Made by a program: the position numbers and the translations under genes | Notes under the pieces: generated by a model | What the model was told of the DNA's origin: nothing | The model's database searches: none | The model's input: the letters and a program-made list of their open reading frames with translations, nothing else | In this document: positions 52,700 to 62,991 of the stretch, piece after piece | Layout: each line of letters begins with the position of its first letter | Numbering within the stretch: position 1 is the first letter of the stretch | Virus record (IMG/VR): IMGVR_UViG_3300029705_000019 | Source of the DNA: a virus | Lineage: Duplodnaviria; Heunggongvirae; Uroviricota; Caudoviricetes | Strand: one strand, 5' to 3' | DNA length: 64,000 nt

Positions 52700-53164
52700 T
52701 TAAATTTTGTCTTCTTCAACTTGAGTACCTCTCAACTTCTTTTTAATTTGTAACTTACGAAATTCTAAACTATTAACAATAATATTAGCAATTTGTGCGT
52801 TTTTAATTTTTCGTGCACACATCATACATGGTTCAGGGCATTCAATTTCTACACCGTTTTCAAATCCTGCAAGGTACAGCGTTGCTCCAATAGCATTACG
52901 ACCTGCTTGACTGATTGCATTATCTTCAGCATGAACAGCCATGCATTTTTCATACTGTTCACCATGAGGAATGTTATGCTCTTCACGCCAACAAGTTCCG
53001 ATATCACAACAGTTTTCTTCACCACGAGCAGACCCATTGTAACCGGTTGCAACAATTTGATCATCTTTGACAATCACAGCCCCATACTGTCTTCTTAAAC
53101 ACGTTGAGCGCTGTGCAACAGCTTTAGCAATACCAAGATAATATTCATCCTTTGTAATTCTCAT
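52700..53164 (-). CDS. dCMP deaminase (ComEB-like)
   Basis: STCLRRQYGAVIV, TGYNG, HAEDNAI and PCMMC zinc deaminase motifs. Confidence 0.88.
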   Translation of the reverse strand: MRITKDEYYLGIAKAVAQRSTCLRRQYGAVIVKDDQIVATGYNGSARGEENCCDIGTCWREEHNIPHGEQYEKCMAVHAEDNAISQAGRNAIGATLYLAGFENGVEIECPEPCMMCARKIKNAQIANIIVNSLEFRKLQIKKKLRGTQVEEDKI

Positions 53165-54190
53165 TTATTCCTCCGAAATCATTACCATAGATCAAGTATC
53201 ATTAGCAGCATGATTATTGAAACACCACTGTCAGGAATTCAATCATTCTTCAGTTGATATTTCATACATCATTGTTATGTTTTTCGTAGTTATTGATTGG
53301 TTCTATTCCTTTAAGTTTTAGTAACTCACCACAAAAAGCATCAAGTATCTCTTCAAGATACACTGTTTTATTATCTTTAACTGAATAAACAGTTAATACA
53401 GAAATATCTTCTGTGATACCAAAACACGCAAGAGTATTCTTATACAGTTCTTCAGCTGTCATGGCCACAAACCCTCCACGACAGAATCATTGATCTCAAC
53501 ACAGCTACAATCGAATCTAAGTTTTGTGGTAAATGGTCTATGTTGTTTAACATAGATGAAAAGTTTTCTTGTTGATTCAAACTCGTTTTCTGCACAGATT
53601 TTGATAGTAACATGTTCATCTTCAAAACCACAGTCTGTTTCAATGCAGCAATCAAATATATAAAGTTTCATTACTTGTTTTCCTCATCATATCAAACTTC
53701 TTCTACTTCAACTATATGATAACGGGAACCCATTACTTCCTTAAAGCATTTTCTTGCCTCACGCTTATTATCAGCATAGATAGTTGTGTGTTCATGAAAA
53801 CCATCCATCATGTAAGTAACGATAAATTTCCTGCTGATCATTGTTAAATCCTCCGGAAGTATTATTTTTATTACACATATATTATAATGTATAACTGTTG
53901 ATTAATCAACTAAAAAGCGCAATTACAAAATGCAATTGCGCAAATTTCAATATTCAAAATTCATTGATAGTAGGTATGGGTTCATCGTGAACAACTTCTG
54001 CAATAATCACAACAGAATCGTGTATATTGATGGCTTGCCAATTTTCAATTGTTGCTTCTGGATGAGTTTCAATGAAATTATTCAAATGTGTGTAAGCTGA
54101 AACAATACTTTTGCATGATGTACCGTTATATGCTATATATTCTATTGTTTCAGAAAATTGATAGAACGTTCTCCTCAACACCTGTCTCCC

Positions 54191-55585
54191 TTATTTAACA
54201 AACGTGGTTGGTGCAAATTTATTCTTTATAACAGAACTCAGTTCCTTCTTAAGTGCTTTATATTTACGAGTTAGGAATTCATAGATGTCATTCTTATCTG
54301 CTTCAAGATCAGTAATTTCATTCTTAAGATCAAGAATTTCCTGTGCATGTTCCTTTGTAAGGTAAGACAGAGGCTTTTGCAATACTTTGCTCGAGATGTC
54401 ACCATCTACCTTATACTTTGATTGGATGTATTCAAGTGCACCCGTACTATCAAGGTCAAACAGGCTCTTAAGAGCGTTTGTTTTTTTCATCTCCTCGATG
54501 ATTTCAAGAACTCGAAGTTTGATTCGGAGTTGTTCAAGCTGTTTAGAAATTCTATTTTGATGTGTTTCAATGAGAAACTCAATATTAGATTTTACAACCT
54601 TATTGAAACTACATGGAACATAAATCTTATCCTCATCAAAGAATGCCATGTTATATGTTTCAGAAGACTGAAGCTTTGTATAAAGACGTTTAAAAATTTC
54701 CTTCATATCGCACTGTTTATGAGGAACCTTTTCAATTACAAATTTAATTTCTTCAGCTGACTCATCTCTAAGATCCACCTTGTCAAGTAGGATTTCTTTT
54801 TCAATAATTTTACGAACATGATCTACTGTTTTTGTTTTTGGAAGTCCAGTAATAGTAATAACGTTTGTTGCATCAATAGTCATTCTTGGAGCTGTTCTGA
54901 TACTACCTTTACCTGTTTCAAGAACATTATTCCACTCATCAATACTTGAAAGAATATCAATTTCAAGATTGGGCTTCGGATACTTTTTTGGCTTGTAGTC
55001 AATATCTTTTGCAGCAAGAATTTCAAGATAGTAGTCAATCATGCCGTTGATATCAATTGTTGGAATGTTCAATGTAGGAAGTCCAGACGGAATGCCACTA
55101 CTACCGTTGATAAAGCAAAGAGGTAACAACGCGGGAAGAGCTTTTGGCTCTGGCTTATCAATCTCTCCAGGAACCATTTCAACATATTCAACACCATCAC
55201 AAAGAAGATGTTCTGCAAGAGTAGATAACTTACCCTCAATATATCTGTCAGCTGATGCCTCAATATTACGAGAACTGTCTCCCCAGTTACCCTGAGTATC
55301 CATCATTTTCAGCTTATTACCATTCTCTCCAAGCTGAACAATAACTCCAGATACGGATGTAGGATGAGGATGGTATGGAAGAGCAAATGCTGCAAGCTCA
55401 GCAACTTTTACCTTTTTACTTGTACCATTCTGATACATCCCGTAAATTGCTCTTCTATAGCTACTCTTCAGTCCATCATAAATCTGAGGGTAGCTTCTTC
55501 CTTGGGCCACATACTTAGAATAATGTGTGTAGTTCTTTTTTGCAAGTTCAGTTGCATCAATTGTATCAAGTACAGCCATCAACAA
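54191..55585 (-). CDS. Type IIA DNA topoisomerase subunit A (GyrA/ParC family, no C-terminal pinwheel)
   Basis: DGLKSSYRRAIY, YHPHPTS, QGNWG, ASADRY (catalytic Tyr) and LLPLCFINGSSGI. At 464 aa it has no room for a gyrase CTD. Confidence 0.88.
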   Translation of the reverse strand: MLMAVLDTIDATELAKKNYTHYSKYVAQGRSYPQIYDGLKSSYRRAIYGMYQNGTSKKVKVAELAAFALPYHPHPTSVSGVIVQLGENGNKLKMMDTQGNWGDSSRNIEASADRYIEGKLSTLAEHLLCDGVEYVEMVPGEIDKPEPKALPALLPLCFINGSSGIPSGLPTLNIPTIDINGMIDYYLEILAAKDIDYKPKKYPKPNLEIDILSSIDEWNNVLETGKGSIRTAPRMTIDATNVITITGLPKTKTVDHVRKIIEKEILLDKVDLRDESAEEIKFVIEKVPHKQCDMKEIFKRLYTKLQSSETYNMAFFDEDKIYVPCSFNKVVKSNIEFLIETHQNRISKQLEQLRIKLRVLEIIEEMKKTNALKSLFDLDSTGALEYIQSKYKVDGDISSKVLQKPLSYLTKEHAQEILDLKNEITDLEADKNDIYEFLTRKYKALKKELSSVIKNKFAPTTFVK

Positions 55586-57447
55586 TCACCTCTTTCAATA
55601 ATTCCAAGATCCGTTAACAGATCTCGTTTACCTTCAGATGAACCTAAGATTCGGTTAAATTCTTCCACATCACTGGGATACTGAATCTGTAAAGTATTTC
55701 TTGTTTCAGGATTAACAAGGAAGTGCTTCAACTGATCATTTTGCATTTCTCCGAGACCTTTGAATCTTGTAGGAGTTACACCTTTTGGGATATCCTCGAC
55801 ACGGTTACACCATCCGTAATTCTTTTCGCTCGTTCCCCAACAATATAAGGGCGGAAGTGCAATGTATACTCTGCCTTGTTTAACCATATCAGGGAACATG
55901 TTAATAAATACTGAAAGAATCAAACAGTTAATCTGTTCCCCGTCAGGATCAGCATCGGCCGCGATTACAACCTTGTCGTATCTTGATTTACTTGCATCGC
56001 AGGCAGCCCCAATTCCACAACCCATAGCATTTGCAATATCACAGATTTCAGCATTCTTAACTGCGTCCTTTACAGACTTATTAGTAATGTTTAGTATCTT
56101 ACCACGTAAAGGAAGAACAGCTTGTTTTTCAATGTTTCGTGTAAACAAGAATGGACCCATTGCGGAGTTACCTTCCACAATAAATAGCTCTGTATCTTTT
56201 CTCTTTCTAGAAGTACATTCAACCAGTTTAGATACAACAGATCTTCTACGAATATTGTCTTCTCCATCATTGTTAACTTTGATAAGAGAACTGATTTCTT
56301 TTCGAGATAAAAGAGTATTCTGAGCTACCCTATATTCTTCAAATCTTTTAATAAGTTGCTGTGCAATAACAATATTATCTTCCAGGTAGCGACTAAATTG
56401 CGACTTGAATAAGCCCATTAGTTCTTCGAAATATTTTTTATTTACTACTAACTTTTCTTTTGTTTGTGAAGAGAATTCAGGGTGTGCAATAAAGACTGCA
56501 CATACAGCACGAAGTCCGATAAGAAAGTCGTTGTTATGAAGTTCAACAGAGGGTTTAATGTTTTTATGAGATTCGATAAATTCTTTCCATGTTTGAATTA
56601 TAGTTCTTGATAATTCTTGAACATGTGTGCCTCCCAGATAATTGCTTAGCAAATTAGTGTATCCAAAATATCTATCTGATGTATCTGAGGTATATCTTAT
56701 AGCAACCTTCATTTTTTCTGCAGTTGTAGCAATAACCTCGATGGGTTGTACACTTACATATGTGCTTAACTTATCACTTTCTTCTTTGATAAGATCAAAC
56801 ATACTTGCATCAGTTTTAATTTCTTCATCATCAACAATGAGTCTTGCTCTGAATCCAAGTGCGCTTGCAATACGACATCTATCTTTGATAAAATCCACAG
56901 GAATTTTTTTACTGTGAAACATTTTTGGGTTAGGAATGAACTCAACTAAAGTTCCGTTATGTTCCTTAGAACCTTTTTCATAGGAAATATCAACAACATC
57001 GTTACCGTAAGCTTGTGCTTCAACTACATTACCATTACGATAAGATACTAATCTAATTTCATTAGATAAAGCATTTGTAATAGTTAATCCAAGACCATTA
57101 AGACCTGAAGAATAATTGTAAGAGGAATTATCAAATTTACCTCCACTATTTGCTTTAGTAATAAGAATTTCCAGAGTTTCTTTTTCTTGTCCACTTTCTA
57201 GCTTCTTTTTACCATGAGGAATTCCTCTTCCAAAGTCTCGTACTGAATATTTATTTAATTTTGTATCAATTCTTACAACAAGTTCATCACTGAATCCAGC
57301 TTGAACTTCATCAATTGCATTGTCAAATACTTCGCTTAGAAGTTGTCTTGGGTCATTACCTTCACCAATATACATCCCACGGCGAAGTTTCATATGCTCA
57401 AGATCTGACAACACTTGAATTGATTCGGAAGTATATTCTTTTGACAT
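55579..57447 (-). CDS. Type IIA DNA topoisomerase subunit B (GyrB/ParE family)
   Basis: LRRGMYIG, EVFDNAIDE, DFGRGIP, GGKF, GLNGLG, ELFIVEGNSA, PLRGKILN, DADPDG and RFKGLGEM. Confidence 0.93.
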   Translation of the reverse strand: MSKEYTSESIQVLSDLEHMKLRRGMYIGEGNDPRQLLSEVFDNAIDEVQAGFSDELVVRIDTKLNKYSVRDFGRGIPHGKKKLESGQEKETLEILITKANSGGKFDNSSYNYSSGLNGLGLTITNALSNEIRLVSYRNGNVVEAQAYGNDVVDISYEKGSKEHNGTLVEFIPNPKMFHSKKIPVDFIKDRCRIASALGFRARLIVDDEEIKTDASMFDLIKEESDKLSTYVSVQPIEVIATTAEKMKVAIRYTSDTSDRYFGYTNLLSNYLGGTHVQELSRTIIQTWKEFIESHKNIKPSVELHNNDFLIGLRAVCAVFIAHPEFSSQTKEKLVVNKKYFEELMGLFKSQFSRYLEDNIVIAQQLIKRFEEYRVAQNTLLSRKEISSLIKVNNDGEDNIRRRSVVSKLVECTSRKRKDTELFIVEGNSAMGPFLFTRNIEKQAVLPLRGKILNITNKSVKDAVKNAEICDIANAMGCGIGAACDASKSRYDKVVIAADADPDGEQINCLILSVFINMFPDMVKQGRVYIALPPLYCWGTSEKNYGWCNRVEDIPKGVTPTRFKGLGEMQNDQLKHFLVNPETRNTLQIQYPSDVEEFNRILGSSEGKRDLLTDLGIIERGDC

Positions 57448-57527
57448 CTGTTACTCCTTAATAAAATTATCTGTCAACAGTTATATTATAATGACCATTG
57501 ACAGATAATCAACTATAAATCTACTAT

Positions 57528-58493
57528 TTACTGAACATTTGCTCCAACACGCTTCAAAAGTGCATCGAGAATAGGATGACCGTAAATAATTCTTTCAAAA
57601 TTTCTTTCCTGATAGGTGGAAGTATTACGCTGAGGAGAACTATGATCAATGAAATCAGCTGCACCATTCAATACACCCCATGCAGTGTTTCTGAACTTTT
57701 CAATATCGGGCATATAATATGCAACCATGAATTCTGTCTTTGCCTTCTGCATGTTTGCTTTTGCTCTTTCAGGAGAATCTTCATTGATGGGGAACATCTC
57801 ATTAACAATATCTCTAATCTCATCGTTGTTAAGAGAAACATTTGCAAGTCTTTCTGCAACCACTGCAAGTTCGTCCATATACTTTTCTGCAAGTCCGAGA
57901 GTTTCCTGAGCTTCATGGAGCTTATTTTCCATCTTACCCATGTGTTTGCAGGTCCACATTCTTTTTGCACTACTAAGTGCAAGATTCAACGTATTCTGAC
58001 AAACAACTCGTGTAGGAGTCATCGCTACTTTAACAGCGCCACTGCCATCAAATGTATTAGTGAAACAAATATAATTATCAAATGTGTCATCCAGAATCTT
58101 TCGTTCAGGAAGCTTTGCAAGAAGAAATACACTTTTTCCATTACGAAGACTACCAGCTGTCTCATATTTAACGTCATCACCGATGAGTGCATCAGTAAAT
58201 GAGAAAGCATCTTCATTCTGAACAACACGATATTTATCAGTTACAACACCGAGCACGCTGTTGTCTTTGTCTCGTGTATTAGCAACATAACCAGGAATCT
58301 TGATGCCCTCACTTGTAAAAATTTCGCGACCTTCAACTCGCCAATCAAGTTCGGCAGCCTTAAGAGCTTCTGCAGAAGTCATGTAGTTTGCAACAGGTAC
58401 TCCAAGACCGTGCCACGGAACAAAGCGTCCATTCTGTTCATTGCTTACGTATGCGAGCGTTTCGACCTCATGTGCCATATTATTTTCCTCCAA
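57528..58493 (-). CDS. DUF932 phage/plasmid-like protein
   Basis: PWHGLG, LGVVTDKYRVVQN, ETAGSL and TPTRVVCQNTL motifs. Confidence 0.85.
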   Translation of the reverse strand: MEENNMAHEVETLAYVSNEQNGRFVPWHGLGVPVANYMTSAEALKAAELDWRVEGREIFTSEGIKIPGYVANTRDKDNSVLGVVTDKYRVVQNEDAFSFTDALIGDDVKYETAGSLRNGKSVFLLAKLPERKILDDTFDNYICFTNTFDGSGAVKVAMTPTRVVCQNTLNLALSSAKRMWTCKHMGKMENKLHEAQETLGLAEKYMDELAVVAERLANVSLNNDEIRDIVNEMFPINEDSPERAKANMQKAKTEFMVAYYMPDIEKFRNTAWGVLNGAADFIDHSSPQRNTSTYQERNFERIIYGHPILDALLKRVGANVQ

Positions 58494-58839
58494 AAATAAT
58501 TGATTTATTTTACATTAATATTATAATATGAAACTGTTATTTATTCAACTTACTTCATAATAAAACCAGCAATTTCGTTCATTCGTACTGAAAAATTCCT
58601 AAATGTAATCATTCCCTGTGTATCATCACAAAGGCCATTTGCCATCTCGGTACGTAACGCATTGATTACTACCATTTCTTCTTTATCTACTTTTAATTTG
58701 TACTTACCGATAGCACCACTCTTGAAGAATACCTTCAGTTTGATTGTTTTTCTCATACCTGACACCTGCATTTCTTTTTATATACATATTATAATATAAC
58801 AGTTAAATATAATCAACTTAAAATTAAAGGCCGGTTTGT

Positions 58840-59520
58840 TTACTGGCCTGTAATCTTATGAATTAAGTCATATATTTGTTTCCAATTATCAACACGATAA
58901 ATATTTTTATAATTATCAACGTCAAAGCTCAAATTGTGAGGGCTTGTCATCAATATGCCTGTATAGTTACCAACAATGTTATGAGGACCATCATCTATGA
59001 GAATATCACAATTGATTAACTGTTTATTGTTACAAATAATAAGATTATTTTTATCAATAAACGGAAAATATTTGAATAGAACATTTTCAAATTTGTAAGC
59101 AAGTGTTTTATAGTGTGAACTCGTTACAATATAAAATTGATAACCTTCATCAATTATTTTCTTGATGTACTCAATAGCGTCCTCCATCGGCTTAACTGTT
59201 TTCCACATGTTCTCTTCAAACAGCGGTGCAAAGATTTGCTCATCTGTTAAGAATGGATAGTAAGTTCCAATATACCAATCGTGAACATCGTTGTAATCAA
59301 CATAAACATTATACTGATTATTCAACCACTCAATCCATGACCTTAATAGGTATTCAATCGTGTCATCCATGTCACAAGCTATTATGTAATCGCATGGCTT
59401 TTTGTTTTCTTTTGTTGTAAGATTACCGAGTACATTACAAAAGAATGACTCACCACAATTTAGACATTCTGTAACTAAACTTGGATTACTATAACCACAT
59501 TTATTACACTTACTACTCAT
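58840..59520 (-). CDS. 5'(3')-deoxyribonucleotidase (HAD family) with an N-terminal zinc ribbon
   Basis: IACDMDDTI, YIVTS, ILIDDGPHN and SPHN motifs; CxxC...CxxC N-terminus. Confidence 0.82.
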   Translation of the reverse strand: MSSKCNKCGYSNPSLVTECLNCGESFFCNVLGNLTTKENKKPCDYIIACDMDDTIEYLLRSWIEWLNNQYNVYVDYNDVHDWYIGTYYPFLTDEQIFAPLFEENMWKTVKPMEDAIEYIKKIIDEGYQFYIVTSSHYKTLAYKFENVLFKYFPFIDKNNLIICNNKQLINCDILIDDGPHNIVGNYTGILMTSPHNLSFDVDNYKNIYRVDNWKQIYDLIHKITGQ

Positions 59521-59716
59521 TTTAATCCCTCTATAACAATTACAACAACACCAGAAACAACAAATGCTCTTTTAACAGTGTATTCTACTTCAAAATTTTC
59601 AATGAAAAAATCAAGAATTGTTCCATTGAATAAAATAGTTGCAGTTTCACTATCATCATGCTTTTCAACACGAATCCAAGTTTTTGCATCAAATATATCT
59701 ATAAAGTCAAATATAC

Positions 59717-60073
59717 TCATACTTCGGTCCATCCGTTTTTCTGAATTATTCTTCGCATATTTTCTACGCCGACAGGATTCATTGAATGAATATGAAATTT
59801 CGTATCAGTACCTTCTCCACCGCATAACCACTCAAACCAGTCGAGAAGTCTAATGTAGTCACCACCATCAGAAGCATAGTCACCTGCGTCATAGTCAAGG
59901 TCAATCAGTTCGATTTTTAGTGTCCAATCAGGATTCCCACTTTCAATTGACTTTGCTAGTCTAAATACGCTACGACTAATAGCGGTCTTGGCTTCTTCAA
60001 CACTCTTACACCAAACATATCCTTCAGGTGCGGGTCTTACATCATCTATCCACAGTTTCATATATATTACCAA
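59717..60073 (-). CDS. Cyclic-phosphate-processing receiver-like domain protein
   Basis: KLWIDDVRPAP...IDLDYDAG...IHSMNPVG pattern of the receiver-like family linked to RNA repair systems. Confidence 0.7.
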   Translation of the reverse strand: MVIYMKLWIDDVRPAPEGYVWCKSVEEAKTAISRSVFRLAKSIESGNPDWTLKIELIDLDYDAGDYASDGGDYIRLLDWFEWLCGGEGTDTKFHIHSMNPVGVENMRRIIQKNGWTEV

Positions 60074-61122
60074 CCTTACTTACTACAAATTCCTCGAATT
60101 TACTGTTATCAAACCAGTAAACTTCATCACCATGATGTATTTCTGATCTAAGATAATCTTCACCATTAAAATTAATCAAGATATCTTTCAACTGCTCAAT
60201 TAACTGTTGTTGTTCTTCAATTAGTTCAGCTGCCTCTTGATTAAGTGTGTCACTAAACAACCCACGTCTTAGTAGTTTAACAATATGTTTTTTATCAAGT
60301 TTCATCGTTCCACCTCATTTTTGACATATAACTAACAGGAACAGATTCATTTTCAAAGTATTTTTTCAAAAAATTCTTTTGTTCATCTTGCAAAAAGTTC
60401 TTCCACCAAATATAATATTCTTTGTTGCCAAGCTGAGATATAGTAATTGATACCCATCCGCCGTTTACAAGAATTTCATCAGCTCTATGTTCAGTGTGAA
60501 TCAACTCACGAGCCATTGCGATGTGCTCATAAACAGCACATTCATAGAAATCACCTGTCGGTGATAACCATCCAGTAGGTAAGTTAAACAAAATGTACCT
60601 CCCATTATTTATTCATAGTTGTAATGAGGTGTTCATATGCCAATTCAGCTTGATCCTTGTTAATAAAATTGTAACATTCTTCTGTAATTTCTTTAGGAAC
60701 CCATGAGCCATGATATTTTGTATGTTTGTAAATATTGTAAGTATCAAAAATTTTAACAAGAGATACTTCAACATTTATTAAACAATCATTACCAAATCTC
60801 TCAAACCGTTTTGTCTGTAATATCTCCATCTTGCTTACCTCGTCCAATCAATCATGTAACTATACAAAACATCTGTGTAATCATACATACTTTTCAACTG
60901 TTTACACTTCCTTGCTATAGTTAGCGCTGTCGTTCGGTCAACAAATGTGCCATCATCAAGTAAGAATCCCTCTTCAACTTCATATTTATCTGGCTGAGCC
61001 TGAAGATACCAACCATAAGCTTCGGCATAATATGTGTAACATGTGGTATGATCATAAGCATGTACAATTCTAGTATCAACTGTTTCAACAGGTGTTGCTT
61101 TAATAGCAGCAAATTTAATCAT
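60042..61122 (-). other. Four small hypothetical ORFs (60042-60305, 60295-60591, 60605-60847, 60835-61122)
   Basis: Overlapping ORFs behind an early promoter at about 61143-61173. Confidence 0.55.
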
Positions 61123-62011
61123 ATTCAGTACCTCCTTATATATATTATATTGATGTTGTTTGATTTTTCAACTATAAAATAAAAATAGCTATTGATGAAA
61201 CGGCATCAATAGCTATTACAAAAGAAAGGAGGTCAAAACCCGCAACACAATACCGAAACGCAGGTTGATTATGGAGGAAAGGACAACTCCATAATAGATC
61301 ATACAATTGCAAATTGACCTTCATCATACATAACTTATTAAGAACATTATTAACATATACTCACTTGAATCTGAGCAATGAGGAGCGACCTCACGCTTTT
61401 CAAATGGATTTTATTAACCATGGCCGCCATGTACATTTCAGTTAAATAATAAAATCGAACAGCACCTACAATCAATATGTAGGAAATTTCACGGAGCTTC
61501 AGATTTGATAAGAATCTTTAACTAAACTTTCTGTTAAAGAAATTAATCTATTATAATCCACATGCCGCTAATTTCACCAACAATTCTTGTTATAGCCTCT
61601 CACGAGACATCAAGTGGAACACTTCCTTTGAGAACCGGGTCGTTAGTTTCTCACGCCAACAACCGCTGGTGAGATGTATTACTACAGAGCTTCTTGTCGT
61701 GCCAAGAATGTTGTTGTTTATGCAAATAATCGTTATGCAACATTAACCACAGCTGTGCTTTTCCTTATGAGCCAGTAAACCTATTTATTCAAAACTTATT
61801 CATAGGTCTCTAATACTTTGTACACCATCGCATACATTTCTTATTTCGTGGTTAAGTCTCAGCCATCACGCAAGATGTCATACACTGAGTTATTTAACAA
61901 TTATATAATCTATTATGAAGTTGTCAATGAACTTATGTTAATTTATACCTTATCTAGTTCTCAGCAACTTAGCAATGCGCTCATTGCCAAGAACTAAGCT
62001 ATGGTAATTGA

Positions 62012-62086
62012 TGGAGCTCCGTAAGAATTACGATATCTTGACCTCTCGCTTACAAGGCGAGCGCTCTGCCTCTGAGCTAACGGAGC
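62012..62086 (-). tRNA. tRNA-Thr(TGT) with an atypical T-loop
   Basis: Acceptor GCTCCGT/ACGGAGC, anticodon arm CTCGC-CTTGTAA-GCGAG, encoded CCA; T-loop region reads ATCGTAA. Confidence 0.85.
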
Positions 62087-62158
62087 AAATTCATTTCGTT
62101 TCGAGTTTGGTAGGTCAAAACGCTTTGTCAATTAAGACTATACCTTTAAGCACCTATC

Positions 62159-62236
62159 TGGTTGCGGAAGGAAGATTCGAACTTCAGATAAATTTTTGGT
62201 TATGAGCCAAATGTGTTACCGTTACACTATTCCGCG
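62159..62236 (-). tRNA. tRNA(CAT), initiator-like (C1:A72 mismatch)
   Basis: CGCGGAA...TTCCGCA-ACCA, anticodon arm TTTGG-CTCATAA-CCAAA, 8-nt variable region. Confidence 0.82.
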
Positions 62237-62266
62237 ATATTGTTTACTATATTATATACATTATAG

Positions 62267-62503
62267 TTACGTTGTTTTAATGGTGTTGTTGTAAATCTTT
62301 CTATATTCTTTAATAGTAGATTTATTACAACTTGAATAAAGATCTTCGTTGATCGTTCCGTCTTGTTCCCACTGACAATGTGGACAAATTGAATAATCAT
62401 TGAATGTTTCATTACCACAAACAGGACATTTGATTATACGGTACCCATTATCAAGTTGTTCATTGATATCATTCAAAGAGTAAACATCAGTTAATCTTTT
62501 CAT
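62267..62503 (-). CDS. Cysteine-rich CPCC-like protein
   Basis: CPVCGNET...YSICPHCQWEQDG...CN...EYRK pattern. Confidence 0.7.
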   Translation of the reverse strand: MKRLTDVYSLNDINEQLDNGYRIIKCPVCGNETFNDYSICPHCQWEQDGTINEDLYSSCNKSTIKEYRKIYNNTIKTT

Positions 62504-62564
62504 TGATTAATTACCTCCACCATTTACTACATATATTATAATATGTAAAGTGGAATTGTTCAAC

Positions 62565-62936
62565 TTATTTTCCTTCAGGAATTTCACCCATGTATTTTAC
62601 TGCTTTATCAGTATTATACTCTCTTAATGTTTTTCTATGTACTGTTATAAGAATTGGCTCTGCATTGCGCCATCCATAAACGACAAAATCGCCTGTCTCA
62701 ACATTATATTTTGCATAACGTGTTCTTTGATCTTTTTCACTTGGTGTTGTTTCATAACCAAGTATCTTTTTATGATCAACAGGTGTTTTTGCAAGGGTAT
62801 CACCAATATGTTCATACTCATCAGGTGAAATTTTTGGAAACTGACGCTCTTTTACTACATGTTTTTTATGATGCTCTTCTCTACTAAGATCCGATGAAAA
62901 TTTTTCATCTAAATCATCAATACGTTTGAACTTCAT
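62565..62936 (-). CDS. Putative RNase toxin-like protein with a capsid-targeting-like N-terminus
   Basis: Starts MKFKRIDDLDE. HHKKHV..RQF..ISPDEYE...AKYNVETGDFVV...LITVH recalls HxxKH polymorphic-toxin RNases. Confidence 0.4.
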   Translation of the reverse strand: MKFKRIDDLDEKFSSDLSREEHHKKHVVKERQFPKISPDEYEHIGDTLAKTPVDHKKILGYETTPSEKDQRTRYAKYNVETGDFVVYGWRNAEPILITVHRKTLREYNTDKAVKYMGEIPEGK

Positions 62937-62991
62937 TGTTCTTGTTTACTCACTTTTGATTCAAACTGATAAATATATCGGGTAATGAAAT

